A DNA stretch of 64,000 nucleotides from Elusimicrobiota bacterium (GCA_043811535.1 JBDRNC010000004.1:94759-158758), one strand, 5' to 3'; counted from the first letter of the stretch, positions 28,109 to 38,603 are shown. Notes: generated by a model from the sequence alone, not told the origin. A program made the numbers and translations.

Positions 28109-28139
28109 AAAATAGCAGAAAACAAGTTAAATTAGTATT

Positions 28140-29540
28140 TTAGTCTTCCTGCGGTTCATTGCTGGCGTGTTTTTCCTGTTTCTGAACCCCGAGCTGGTTC
28201 ATCTTGTAGAGCAGAGCGTTGCGGTGTATACCGAGAATCTGAGCGGCTTTTGTCTGGTTCCATCCGGCTTTTTCAAGAATGCCCAGAATGAACTGTTTTT
28301 CAAAGTCGTTCCTGGCGTTTTTCAGCGATATCCTTTCCCCGGAACTTTCCGGTTTTTCTTCTTTGAGAAGCATATCCATCGGCAGGCGGCCGCGCTGGAT
28401 GACCTGTTCTTTGCCGAGCGCCACGAGCCGCTCAATTATATTCCTTAACTCCCTTATATTCCCGGGCCAATGATAGGCCGTCATCGCTTCGAGCGCTTCT
28501 TTTGATATTCCCCTGATATCCTTGCCGAATTTTCTACTATATATATGTATGAAATGGTCTATGAGCAGGGGAATATCCCCAATTCTTTCGCGCAGCGGCG
28601 GCGCGTGAACCGGTATCACGTTCAGCCGGTAATAAAGGTCATGCCTGAAACTGCCGTCCTTGACCGCTTTCTTGAGATCGGCGTTGGTTGCGGATACTAT
28701 CCTCACGTCTGTCTTTATAAGCTTTTCCCCGCCGACCCTTTGGATTTCCTTTTCTTCTATTGCCCGCAATATTTTTCCCTGTATTTCGTAAGACAAATTG
28801 CCTATCTCGTCAAAAAACAGCGTGCCGGTATTAGCCAGTTCAAATTTGCCTATCTTTTTTGAAACGGCGTCTGTGAAAGAGCCCTTTTCGTGCCCGAAAA
28901 GCTCGCTTTCCACAAGGTTCTCCGGTATCGACGCGGCGTCAACCGCGACAAACGGCTTATCCTTGCAGGCGCCTGAAAAGTGTATCGCTCTGGCAATCAG
29001 CTCTTTGCCCGTACCGCTTTCGCCGGTAATCAGGACCGTCGAGCGATTGTCCGATATTTCTGCGATTACTGAAAACAACTGCTTCATCGCCGGGCTATTT
29101 CCGACCATTCTCTCGGACAATTCCGGCTTGAGTTCGGATTTCAGATATATGACTTCCTTTTCAAGTTTCCTTTTTTCAAGCGCCTTTTCGATTGTGTCAA
29201 GCAGGTCGTCGGCCTCGAACGGTTTTGTCAGGTAGTCATACGCTCCGGCCTTCACGGCACGGACAGCGGTTTTCATCATTTTTACGGCCGAAATGACTAT
29301 GATCTCGGCATCGCATATTTTTCTCATTTTTTCCAGGACCTTAACGCCGTCCATGTCCGGCAGGAGCATGTCCAAAAGGACAATATCCACCGTCCTGCTC
29401 CGGGCGATATCCACCGCGTCGCTACCGTTCTCGGCGGAAATTACATCATAATCGCCGTCAAGGAGCGCAGTGTTCGCCTCAATCGCCCCCCGTTCATCGT
29501 CAACAAGCAGAATCACCGGCTTGATTTTACCGCTCTTCAC
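28140..29540 (-). CDS. Sigma-54-dependent response regulator (NtrC/AtoC family)
   Basis: Receiver, GESGTGKE, ESELFGHEKGSFTDA, FFDEI, WPGNIREL, Fis-type HTH. Confidence 0.95.
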   Translation of the reverse strand: MKSGKIKPVILLVDDERGAIEANTALLDGDYDVISAENGSDAVDIARSRTVDIVLLDMLLPDMDGVKVLEKMRKICDAEIIVISAVKMMKTAVRAVKAGAYDYLTKPFEADDLLDTIEKALEKRKLEKEVIYLKSELKPELSERMVGNSPAMKQLFSVIAEISDNRSTVLITGESGTGKELIARAIHFSGACKDKPFVAVDAASIPENLVESELFGHEKGSFTDAVSKKIGKFELANTGTLFFDEIGNLSYEIQGKILRAIEEKEIQRVGGEKLIKTDVRIVSATNADLKKAVKDGSFRHDLYYRLNVIPVHAPPLRERIGDIPLLIDHFIHIYSRKFGKDIRGISKEALEAMTAYHWPGNIRELRNIIERLVALGKEQVIQRGRLPMDMLLKEEKPESSGERISLKNARNDFEKQFILGILEKAGWNQTKAAQILGIHRNALLYKMNQLGVQKQEKHASNEPQED

Positions 29541-30622
29541 GCGTCTCTCCGCTTTGTCTTTTCGAGACTTTTCCTGTAAGAATTTACGGTCCTGCGCGAT
29601 ACGTTGATGCCGTGCTTTTTTTTCAGAATTTCCCTTGCTTCCATATCAGTCAGCTGTTTCTCGCGGCCAGATGTCACGAATTCCACAGCGATACGGCCGA
29701 TGGTCCTGCTGCTGGGAAACAACCGCGCCAGCGGTATCTCCTTGCCGGACGGCAGTTCAATGCTCCTGCCCGAAACTGCCCTGTTCAAAACGCTTGCCTC
29801 AATACCCATATCCTGCGCAGCTTTTCTCTGGGTGCATCCTGCAAGCGATTTTTCATCCCCGCTTTTCAGAAAGGGCGCTTGTTTTCCGGCTATATAATTC
29901 AACGCGTTGAAAATCGCGGATTTCCGCGTGTTTATCTGCTCTATTGTTTCAAGGACCGCGTTTATCCCCTTTATCTTGTCCAACGCAAGTTCGCCCGTCT
30001 CTTTAAGGGTGTTCAGCTTTTCCATGTTCAGGACATACCTTCCCTGCGCGTACCTGGGCATCAGGAAACATATCTCCGGCCGGCCGTCCTTCGCCATTTC
30101 AATCGAGGCAATCTTATAGTAACTGGCACCCGCGCCGCCGGCGTCCCCAGAAGGATGATAGAATTCGTTCTGGACCGAAAGATCATTCATAAGGCCGTTT
30201 ATCTCGTCCACTTCGCTTTCGTTTAAAGAACACTCTGCGCAAATATCTTTCACGTCTATTTCCATGCAGTTATACAGAAAATACTTTTCAAATTTCTCCC
30301 TGCCGATCCTTTTCACCAGCGAAACCGCTTCCTGTCTCTTTTCAACCAGCGACTCGACATCGGGAGCCCTGTTGTCCCTGCTTATGTTCTCTATCAGGCT
30401 GCAGAATTTATATGAAAAGGCCGCTCCCGGAAACCTTGAATAACTGATTATCCTGTATTTCCGGGCAAGCTCTTTAAAAATGGGATTGTTTTCAACGCTG
30501 TTCACAAGGTCGGAAAACTCTTTTTCGGGTTTCTCAAGGATTTCCGCGGTCCGGATCTTGTAGGAGAGCCCCATTTTGTGTTTCAAGGCGGGTTTGACCT
30601 TCTGCTTGAATCTAAAAACCAT
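29537..30622 (-). CDS. Short divergent RNA polymerase sigma-54-like factor
   Basis: Region-I-like EIL....EF...V..NP; HTH TQRKAAQDMGIEASVLNRAVSGR; RpoN-box-like LTD.E..IL...HGINVSRRTVNSYR. Confidence 0.72.
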   Translation of the reverse strand: MVFRFKQKVKPALKHKMGLSYKIRTAEILEKPEKEFSDLVNSVENNPIFKELARKYRIISYSRFPGAAFSYKFCSLIENISRDNRAPDVESLVEKRQEAVSLVKRIGREKFEKYFLYNCMEIDVKDICAECSLNESEVDEINGLMNDLSVQNEFYHPSGDAGGAGASYYKIASIEMAKDGRPEICFLMPRYAQGRYVLNMEKLNTLKETGELALDKIKGINAVLETIEQINTRKSAIFNALNYIAGKQAPFLKSGDEKSLAGCTQRKAAQDMGIEASVLNRAVSGRSIELPSGKEIPLARLFPSSRTIGRIAVEFVTSGREKQLTDMEAREILKKKHGINVSRRTVNSYRKSLEKTKRRDA

Positions 30623-30634
30623 TAAAATTCCAAA

Positions 30635-31504
30635 TCAATTGTTGATACCTAATTTCGTCTTGAGCTCGGTTATCTTTTCTTCCGCTCTTTTTACGTAGGT
30701 ATTGTCTCCGCTCTGATATATGTCTATCCATATCCCGAATGCCTTGCGAAGTTTCCCGTCTTTTTGATAGATATTCGCCAGCACGGCTTTCATAAGGTTC
30801 GGGCACTCCGGCTGCTTTACGGCTACTTCAAGCGATGAAACCATTTTATCAAAGTTGCCGCTCTTCCTGTAAACAATAGCCGCCGCGTATAGATTCATCT
30901 GCCAGTATGGTTGGTGCACGTCTTTCGTAAGATTCATCCGGTATTTTTCCATGTTGTCTATACCGTTTTGCAGGAGCTCCAGCGCTTCCTGCGTCCGCTC
31001 GTGATTCCACGCGAGCGCTCCCGCGCCGAAAAGATAGGCGTGGTAGAAGAACGGGTCCAGCTCCGTCACCCGGTAGCAATGCGTTAAAAGTGCGGAGTAT
31101 GTGCCTCCTTCTATGTGATGATGATGATGCCCCTCGCCGTGTTCCTCATGCCCGCCGTGAGTATGTCCGGCCTTCATCCCAATAAGGAATTTTACGGTAT
31201 CAATGGATAATTTGTACGCGACATCCTTTTCCAGCGGTTTTTCCGGGCTTCCGTAATACTGCAAAAATTGTATCCACGCTATATCCGCGGCGAACCTACG
31301 CATGCCGGTAAGGGTTCCCGTTAGGTCCATTATGACAAAATCTTTCATTGGAGAAAGCTTCGTTGCGGCAAGAGGATACACGAATCCCCTTGACACAATA
31401 GCAGATGAAGCCATGCACAGCAGAAAGCCGGCCGCGGCCCAGACAATTTGTTTTCTTAATGAATTCATATTTGAGATGATTTTAAAAACCCCAGCCATCT
31501 TCAA
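30635..31504 (-). CDS. Membrane-anchored TPR-like protein (PilG/XapA-like) with His-rich insert
   Basis: ADIAWIQFLQYYG, VTELDPFF..AY; downstream of ABC ATPase and permease. Confidence 0.55.
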   Translation of the reverse strand: MKMAGVFKIISNMNSLRKQIVWAAAGFLLCMASSAIVSRGFVYPLAATKLSPMKDFVIMDLTGTLTGMRRFAADIAWIQFLQYYGSPEKPLEKDVAYKLSIDTVKFLIGMKAGHTHGGHEEHGEGHHHHHIEGGTYSALLTHCYRVTELDPFFYHAYLFGAGALAWNHERTQEALELLQNGIDNMEKYRMNLTKDVHQPYWQMNLYAAAIVYRKSGNFDKMVSSLEVAVKQPECPNLMKAVLANIYQKDGKLRKAFGIWIDIYQSGDNTYVKRAEEKITELKTKLGINN

Positions 31505-31535
31505 GACCGTTGAGTACTTTTTTCAACGGTCTCAT

Positions 31536-32300
31536 TTAGAATTCTTTTCGGCTGAAAAGGATCAGGGTTAATATCAGGCAGAACATGCTGTAAACCGCGG
31601 CGTAGAAGAAAGAAGCGTATATCCAGGGCCCCGCGATGCCGGGTACGTCCCAGAAATCCCGCAGGTTAAAAAACTGAAGGTTCGGCGCCGCAAAATACGC
31701 TATCTTAAAAATGACTTTAAGAAACAGGCCTTTCATTTTTCCGCTTAAGAACATGAGTTCTTCGCTGAAATGTCCCAGGATCCAGAAAAACAGCGTGAAA
31801 CTCATTGAGGATATCGCCGAAGTGGAAAACACGGCAAAAAATACAGCCAGAGACCCCATGACCGTGATCTTCCCCGCCGAGAGCAGCAGAGCGAGCGGAT
31901 ATCTCAGCGTGAATTGCCAGCCGTTCAGGAACAGTATCCCAAGGTGCAGCGTAGACATCAGCGCAATGCCGCAGTACACCGCCGCGAGAAGGCCGAAATA
32001 CCTTCCAAGCAGGTAAGTCATCTTGGATACCGGGCGCGTCAGCACCAGGTATATGGTCTTTGACTCCATTTCTTCTATAACGAGCGTGACTGAAGAGTAA
32101 GCGACCGTCAAAAGAGCGAAAAATTCGATCGCGCCGAGTCCCAGGTCAAGCAATATTCTCTGCACCTGCTGCCCGCCTAGAGCCGCCAGCAGCAGCGATG
32201 CGGCAATTATTATCATGCCGAAAAGCACGAGCACGTAAAAAACCTTGTTTCTTATGTTCTCTACAAATGTGTAATACGCGATTGAAAGTATCTTTTTCAT
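31536..32300 (-). CDS. ABC-2-type exporter permease (PilI-like)
   Basis: IA..TF.E.IRNK, EMESKTIYLVLTRPVS....LGRY.G, PNL..FN, F.RKEF. Confidence 0.85.
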   Translation of the reverse strand: MKKILSIAYYTFVENIRNKVFYVLVLFGMIIIAASLLLAALGGQQVQRILLDLGLGAIEFFALLTVAYSSVTLVIEEMESKTIYLVLTRPVSKMTYLLGRYFGLLAAVYCGIALMSTLHLGILFLNGWQFTLRYPLALLLSAGKITVMGSLAVFFAVFSTSAISSMSFTLFFWILGHFSEELMFLSGKMKGLFLKVIFKIAYFAAPNLQFFNLRDFWDVPGIAGPWIYASFFYAAVYSMFCLILTLILFSRKEF

Positions 32301-32355
32301 TTTTCTGCCGTGCGTTTCCTGCTTCCGTCTTCAATCTTCCATCTTCCGTCTGTTT

Positions 32356-33111
32356 TTAAATCTTTATTCTACCGAATTCAGCCGTGTCTTTAACAGTGTC
32401 CACAAAAACGGCTTCAAGCTTACCCTGTGATTTATTCCACTCGGACTGATCGAGCACCTTAACAAGTTCGCCCTTCACAAGAATCCCGACCCTGTCGCAG
32501 ACTTTCTCAACTTCCGAGATCATATGCGAAGAAAGAAATATAGTTTTTCCTTCTGATTTCAATTTCATTATAAGGTTCCTCATTTCGCTCATCGCCAGCG
32601 GGTCAAGCCCGCTTACCGGCTCGTCGTAAATAAGTATGCCCGGGTCATGGATCAGGCTCTGGGCTATTCCTATCCTCTGAAGCATTCCCTTGGAAAATTC
32701 CCCGAGTCTTTTATTCCCGACCTCCGCAAGCCCTACGAAATCAAGTATTTGGGCGGCTTTATCTTTTACCCTTTCAACCCCGGAAAGCTCTCCGTAGAAT
32801 TTCAATATTTCCAGCGCGGTCAGGTATCTGTAAAAGTACGGCGTTTCCGGCAGGAATCCGACCTGCTTAAGCGCTTTGATCGACGGGGCCGGTTCACCCA
32901 AAAGAAAAACTCCGCCCTTTGTGGGGCGGAGCAATCCAAGTATAAGTTTAATTGTCGTGGTCTTTCCGGAACCGTTTAACCCGAGAAGCCCGAAGATCTC
33001 GCCTTTTTTAATCTCCAGATCAACGTTTTCAATCCCGACGGTCGTATGGACTTTCCCCAGATGCGACCTCCGATAGATCTTCGTCAGTTTTTCGGTTCTG
33101 ATAGCCGGCAT
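32356..33111 (-). CDS. ABC exporter ATP-binding protein (PilH-like)
   Basis: GLNGSGKTT, FSKGM, IYDEPVSGLD, SSH; start moved to MPAIR at 33111. Confidence 0.92.
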   Translation of the reverse strand: MPAIRTEKLTKIYRRSHLGKVHTTVGIENVDLEIKKGEIFGLLGLNGSGKTTTIKLILGLLRPTKGGVFLLGEPAPSIKALKQVGFLPETPYFYRYLTALEILKFYGELSGVERVKDKAAQILDFVGLAEVGNKRLGEFSKGMLQRIGIAQSLIHDPGILIYDEPVSGLDPLAMSEMRNLIMKLKSEGKTIFLSSHMISEVEKVCDRVGILVKGELVKVLDQSEWNKSQGKLEAVFVDTVKDTAEFGRIKI

Positions 33112-33119
33112 GTTTTTAT

Positions 33120-34706
33120 TCAAAGCTCTATATATTTGACTTTGTTGACGCCCGAGAAGTTGCTTATTTGCTTTATAAGATCGGCATTTACGCACACGTC
33201 GATATTTATTATTGTCGTGGCCTCGCCGCCAGCGTCCTTCCTGCTGACCTGCATGCCCGCGATATTTATATTATTCTTTCCGAGGAACGTTCCAACCTGT
33301 CCGACGATGCCCGGCCTGTCGATATTAGTCAGCATCAGCATGCATCCGGTAGGAACGACGTCTATCGGAAGCCCGTTCATTCTGACGAAACGCGCGTTCT
33401 TGTGCCCGAAAAGCGTTCCCGAAACAGAAATTTCTTCCTTGTCTGTCTTAACCTTAGCGGTGATCAGCGATGTAAAATCCTCCACATCCTTTGATTTTGT
33501 TTCTTTTATCTTTATTCCGCGCTCTTTTGCCATTCCCGGCGCATTGACAAAATTGACTTTCACATCGAGTATCGGGGTCAGAAGTCCCTTCAGATACGCG
33601 ATCTGCAAAGGATTGGTGTTGTATTCACCGATGTCGCCGGCGTACTCCACTTCTATCTCGGAAATTCCGCCTTCAACCACCTGCCCCTGAAACGATCCAA
33701 GCTTCTCGGCCAGAAGTATGTAGGGCTCGAGCTTCTTGAAGGTATCCCAATCCAGCGTCGGCACATTGACCGCGTTGCGTATTACGCCCTTAGTGAAGAA
33801 ATCCACGACAACTTCACTGAGTTCCTGCGCGATCTTGACCTGCGCCTCTTCGGTCGAAGCGGCAAGATGCGGCGTCACAATCGTGTTTTCACACTCAACT
33901 ATGGTCCAATCCGCCGGCGGCTCCTTCGGAAAAACATCTATAGCGGCGCCCTTCACGTGTCCTTCCTTGATCGCGTCCGCGAGCGCTTTTTCATCTATTA
34001 TCCCGCCCCTCGCGCAGTTGATGATGCGCACGCCGGGCTTCATCTTTTTCATGGTCTCCGCGTTTATCATGCCCCTTGTCTGGTCGTTAAGCGGGGTGTG
34101 TATTGAAATATAATCGGATTCCTTGTAAACCTCATCCAGTGTCTTCATTTCGATGCCGAGGGATTTTGCCCACTCGACGTTTACGAACGGGTCAAACGAG
34201 ACTATCCTCATCCCGAACGCTATCATCCTGTGCGCGACTTCCCGCCCTATGCGCCCGAGCCCCACAAGTCCCAATACCTTTCCCTGCAGTTCGGTCCCGA
34301 CAAAACTCGTGCGTTTCCATTCTTTGGATTTCAGGGATTTGTGCGCCTGAGGGATGTTCCTTGCCATCGCCAGCATCAGCCCGATCGTATGTTCGGCCGC
34401 GGAAATAGTATTCCCGCCGGGAACATTCGCCACGACAATCCCTTTCTGGGTAGCCGAAGGGATATCAACGTTATCCACGCCCGTCCCCGCGCGTCCGATG
34501 AATTTCAGTTTCTTGCCGGCCTCAATTATTTCCGGGGTGACTTTTACTTCCGAACGTATCATCAGACCCTCATATTCGCCTATAAGTTCCTTGAACTTTT
34601 CCGGAGTCGGTTTATTATGTATATCAACCTTGAATTCCTTGTTGTTAAGCAACACATCAAGCCCTTCGGTATTGTCATAAGTCATCATTATTTTATACAT
34701 TTTCAT
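33120..34706 (-). CDS. serA: D-3-phosphoglycerate dehydrogenase with ASB and ACT domains
   Basis: IGRAGTGVDNVD, NTISAAEH, GLGRIG, NCARGG, TPHLAAST.EAQ, ACT DRPGIVG. Confidence 0.96.
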   Translation of the reverse strand: MKMYKIMMTYDNTEGLDVLLNNKEFKVDIHNKPTPEKFKELIGEYEGLMIRSEVKVTPEIIEAGKKLKFIGRAGTGVDNVDIPSATQKGIVVANVPGGNTISAAEHTIGLMLAMARNIPQAHKSLKSKEWKRTSFVGTELQGKVLGLVGLGRIGREVAHRMIAFGMRIVSFDPFVNVEWAKSLGIEMKTLDEVYKESDYISIHTPLNDQTRGMINAETMKKMKPGVRIINCARGGIIDEKALADAIKEGHVKGAAIDVFPKEPPADWTIVECENTIVTPHLAASTEEAQVKIAQELSEVVVDFFTKGVIRNAVNVPTLDWDTFKKLEPYILLAEKLGSFQGQVVEGGISEIEVEYAGDIGEYNTNPLQIAYLKGLLTPILDVKVNFVNAPGMAKERGIKIKETKSKDVEDFTSLITAKVKTDKEEISVSGTLFGHKNARFVRMNGLPIDVVPTGCMLMLTNIDRPGIVGQVGTFLGKNNINIAGMQVSRKDAGGEATTIINIDVCVNADLIKQISNFSGVNKVKYIEL

Positions 34707-34797
34707 GTCCTTTTGTTTAGTAGTTAATCTGCGACTTCCTTAATACATTTTTGGAGTCCCGATAAAGTCGGGTCAATTTGTAATCTGTAATTTGTAA

Positions 34798-35934
34798 TTA
34801 GTTTTTAAGCAGCTCCTCTTCAGCCGCGGCCACGCCCTTGCCCTTCTCAACTTTATAGCCAAGCTGTGAAAGAACCATTTCAAGGCAGGCGAAACCCACG
34901 AGAAGGTCGGCTTTACCGATGTATCCCATGTGCGCGAACCTGATGATCTTTCCTTTTAGTTTCCCCTGTCCGCCGGCGATAGAAACACCGTATGTCTCGC
35001 GCAGCATCTTGACAATTTTCCCGCCGTCGACGCCTTCCGGCACTAGCGCGCTTGTGAGCACGTCGCAGGGTTTTTCGCCGAATTGCTGCAGCCCGAGCGC
35101 CTTCATCCCGGCCCTTGCGGCCCTTGCGAGAAGACGGGCTTCCGCCCACACGTTTTCTATGCCTTTCGTTTTTATCATCTTGATGGATTCGGCAAGCGCG
35201 ACGATAAGAGTGACAGGCGGCGTGAACGGAGTTTCTTTTGTTTCAAGCGACTTTTTCATTTTTCTGAAATCCCAGTAGAAGCGGGGAAGCTTTGCCTCTT
35301 CCACAAGTTTCCACGCTTTCGGGCTTACGGAGGTGAAAGCTAGCCCCGGAGCAAGCATGAGGCCCTTTTGCGAGCCGGAGACCACTACATCAAGCTGCCA
35401 AGTATCCGTCAGGAGTTCCTGACCGGCAAGACCGGAAATCGCGTCAACGACAAGCACGGCGGAAGTTCCCGCTACGATCTTTCCGAAGGCCTGCATATCA
35501 TTCACCACACCCGTTGAAGTCTCGGTAAAGGTGGTAAACACAGCCTTTATCTTGGGATTTTCCTTAAGAGCCTTCTCGACATCAGCGGGATTTACGACCT
35601 TCCCCCATTCAGCGAGGATGCTGACAGGTTTTATGCCGTAGGTTTCAAGTATTTTCACCCATCTTTCACCGAAGTTTCCGCATGAAGCCACAAGAGCCTC
35701 ATCGCCCGGACTGAGAAGATTGACCACGGCGGCTTCCATGGCGCCCGTGCCTGAAGAAGACAGGATAAATACGTCGTTCTTTGTCTGGTAGATGTACTTC
35801 AGCCCTTCCGCGACTTCTCCAAAAACAGCCCCGAACTCGCTTGTCCTGTGGTGCAATATCGGAAGCGCTTCTTTCAAAGCCACCTCCGGAGGGATAGGCG
35901 TCGGGCCCGGCGTCAACAAATAATGTTTTTTCAT
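34798..35934 (-). CDS. Class V PLP aminotransferase (alanine-glyoxylate/serine-pyruvate family)
   Basis: LLTPGPT, SGTGAME, ETSTG, VDAIS, SGSQKGLM, PFTP. Confidence 0.93.
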   Translation of the reverse strand: MKKHYLLTPGPTPIPPEVALKEALPILHHRTSEFGAVFGEVAEGLKYIYQTKNDVFILSSSGTGAMEAAVVNLLSPGDEALVASCGNFGERWVKILETYGIKPVSILAEWGKVVNPADVEKALKENPKIKAVFTTFTETSTGVVNDMQAFGKIVAGTSAVLVVDAISGLAGQELLTDTWQLDVVVSGSQKGLMLAPGLAFTSVSPKAWKLVEEAKLPRFYWDFRKMKKSLETKETPFTPPVTLIVALAESIKMIKTKGIENVWAEARLLARAARAGMKALGLQQFGEKPCDVLTSALVPEGVDGGKIVKMLRETYGVSIAGGQGKLKGKIIRFAHMGYIGKADLLVGFACLEMVLSQLGYKVEKGKGVAAAEEELLKN

Positions 35935-36209
35935 GATGCTTCTCCTCTAACACATTGAGTGTTTTTTTGTATTGCCTTATGTTAGACCCCGACGAACATA
36001 TTATAATTTCCAAAGGGAATTATAATATGGGTTTTGAGTCGGGGTACGCAGCAATCTATTCAAGTGCTATAAAATTTCAAAAAGAGCATTAAAATATCTA
36101 TTTGTGAAAGATTTCGCAAAATATACATTTTATTTCATTTAATTGTCAAGTCCGTCCTCTGACATGGCCTCGGGACAGCTGTAAACAACAACTAAAAACA
36201 ATTCGGGTT

Positions 36210-38603
36210 CTAGCGCGATTTTTTGCCTTTCCCGGAAACCTTTTTCTGGAGGCTTATCGCAAGAACTTCATCCATACGCTTGACCGGATAAAGGTTTATT
36301 TTCTTTTTTATGTCTTCGGGTATCTCGGCGAGATCCTTTTTATTCCCCTCGGGATATACTATGGTTTTAATACCTTCCCTGAAGGCGGCTATTACCTTTT
36401 CCTTGAACCCCCCCACCGTCAGCACCCTTCCGCGAAGCGTTATCTCGCCGGTCATCGCGACGTCTTTCTTCACCGGCTGCTCAAGCACTATAGACGCAAG
36501 CGCCGACGCTATCGCTATTCCCGCGCTGGGGCCGTCTTTCGGCACGGCGCCCTCGGGAACATGTATATGAAAGTCCGTGTCTTTGAATATCTCTTCGTTA
36601 ATTTTTAATTTCTTCGCCACCGATCGCACGTAAGAAAGAGCGGCCTGCGCCGATTCTTTCATAACGTCTCCGAGTTTTCCCGTCAGGACAAAAACGCCTT
36701 TGCCCTTCATCTTGTTGACCTCGATCGTAAGCGTTTCTCCGCCTACCTCTGTCCATGCCAGGCCGGTAGCCACGCCAATCTCGTTGGGCGCAATCTTGTC
36801 CTTGGTATACTGAGGCACGCCGAGAAATTTATTAAGGTTTTTACCGGTCAGTTTTATCTTGCCCTGTTTCTCTTTCGCCGAACAAAGCTCTTTCGCCACT
36901 TTTCTGCACAAATTCGCGATCTCTCGCTCCAGATTCCTGACTCCGGCTTCATGCGTGTAATCCGTTATTATCCCGTTTAAAGCTTCCTCGGTTATCTCAA
37001 GCTCGTTTTCTTCGAGACCGTGTTCTTTCATCTGCTTCTTTATCAGGAACTGCTGGGCTATCTTGAGTTTTTCGGCGTTAGTGTATCCCGGGAACCTTAG
37101 CACCTCAAGCCTGTCCAGAAGCGTGCTAGGGATATTATAAAGCGTGTTTGCAGTCGTGATGAACATCACCTTTGAGAAGTCAAATTCGATGTCCAGGTAG
37201 TGGTCAACGAACCCGTAGTTCTGTTCGGGATCCAGGACCTCCAGAAGCGCCGCTGACGGATCACCTCTCCAGTCGGTTCCCATCTTGTCTATTTCGTCAA
37301 GGATGAATACGGGATTGTTCGATTTAGCCTTCCTCATGGACTGAACTATCCTGCCGGGCAGCGCGCCGATATAAGTCCTTCTATGCCCGCGTATCTCGGC
37401 CTCGTCTCGTACTCCGCCGAGCGATATGCGTATGAAATTGCGCCCGAGACTCCTCGCGACGGATTTCGCTATCGAGGTTTTCCCGACGCCGGGAGGCCCT
37501 ACAAAGCAAAGGATAGGACCCTTTATTTTCTTAACCCTCGTGAGCACCGCCAGGTACTCAAGCACGCGCTCCTTTGTTTTTTCCAGGCCGTAATGGTCCT
37601 CATCCAGCACCTTCTGAGCGCGCTCAAGGTCCAGGTTGTCCTTTGTGGAAACACTCCACGGAAGGCTTATGAGCCAGTCCAGGTATGTCCTTATCACGGT
37701 CGCTTCGGGAGAGAAAGGCATCATCTTTTCAAGCCTGACAATCTCCTTTTCGGCGACTTCCAGGGCCTCCTTGCTCATCTTCGCTTCTTTTACTTTTGTT
37801 TTCAATTCGTCAAGCTCTTTCGCGTAATCATCCTTCTGGCGAAGCTCTTTCTGAATTGCCTTCATCTGTTCCGTGAGATAGTATTCCTTCTGCGTCTTTT
37901 CTATCTGGCTCCGCACCCTGTTCTGTATACGGCGTTCAATATTCAGTATTTCTATCTCGGCGTTTAAAAGCTGGATAAGTTTTTCAAGGCGCTGTTCGGG
38001 ATTGGCTATTTCCAGGATGGACTGTTTGTCGGGTATCTTTATCATCAGGTGCGAAGCTATTGTATCCGCAAGCCGCCCCGGATCGTTTATATTGCCGACT
38101 GCCGAAGAGATCTCCATGGGCAGGCGCGGGTTCAGCTTGACGTACTGCTCAAACAGCGAGACGGATCTGCGCATCAGCGCTTCAATTTCCGGAGTCATAT
38201 CCAGCGTTTCCAGAAGCAGGGAGTGTTCAACTTCCACAAAACCGCGCTCATTCGCCCTAAAACCGGTCCATTTCGACCGTTGTATGCCCTCCACAAGGAC
38301 TTTAAGCGTGCCGTCCGGCATCTTCAGCAGTTGAAGGACTTCCGCCACCGTCCCTATCGGATATATATCGTTTTGGGAAGGGTCTTCGGTTTGAACGTGT
38401 TTTTGCGTGGCAAGATAAATGATCCTGTGCGTCGCCATCGCTTCTTCCAGCGCCTTAATGGATTTGTCCCTTCCGACAGCCAGCGGTATCACCATCGCCG
38501 GATAGACAACGATGTCCCTTACCGGAAGCAGAGGAAGGTTCGGCGGAATATCCGGCGGCCCTTGTTTTTTTTCCTTATCTTTAAATGAATTCGTCTCTAT
38601 CAT
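36210..38603 (-). CDS. lon: Lon (La) ATP-dependent protease
   Basis: GPPGVGKTS, LDEIDK, PKDGPSAG, GGFKEK. Confidence 0.98.
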   Translation of the reverse strand: MIETNSFKDKEKKQGPPDIPPNLPLLPVRDIVVYPAMVIPLAVGRDKSIKALEEAMATHRIIYLATQKHVQTEDPSQNDIYPIGTVAEVLQLLKMPDGTLKVLVEGIQRSKWTGFRANERGFVEVEHSLLLETLDMTPEIEALMRRSVSLFEQYVKLNPRLPMEISSAVGNINDPGRLADTIASHLMIKIPDKQSILEIANPEQRLEKLIQLLNAEIEILNIERRIQNRVRSQIEKTQKEYYLTEQMKAIQKELRQKDDYAKELDELKTKVKEAKMSKEALEVAEKEIVRLEKMMPFSPEATVIRTYLDWLISLPWSVSTKDNLDLERAQKVLDEDHYGLEKTKERVLEYLAVLTRVKKIKGPILCFVGPPGVGKTSIAKSVARSLGRNFIRISLGGVRDEAEIRGHRRTYIGALPGRIVQSMRKAKSNNPVFILDEIDKMGTDWRGDPSAALLEVLDPEQNYGFVDHYLDIEFDFSKVMFITTANTLYNIPSTLLDRLEVLRFPGYTNAEKLKIAQQFLIKKQMKEHGLEENELEITEEALNGIITDYTHEAGVRNLEREIANLCRKVAKELCSAKEKQGKIKLTGKNLNKFLGVPQYTKDKIAPNEIGVATGLAWTEVGGETLTIEVNKMKGKGVFVLTGKLGDVMKESAQAALSYVRSVAKKLKINEEIFKDTDFHIHVPEGAVPKDGPSAGIAIASALASIVLEQPVKKDVAMTGEITLRGRVLTVGGFKEKVIAAFREGIKTIVYPEGNKKDLAEIPEDIKKKINLYPVKRMDEVLAISLQKKVSGKGKKSR

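Noticed and set aside
35945..35987. attC-like CTCTAAC...GTTAGAC
   Set aside because: Too short, lacks inner L boxes, housekeeping context
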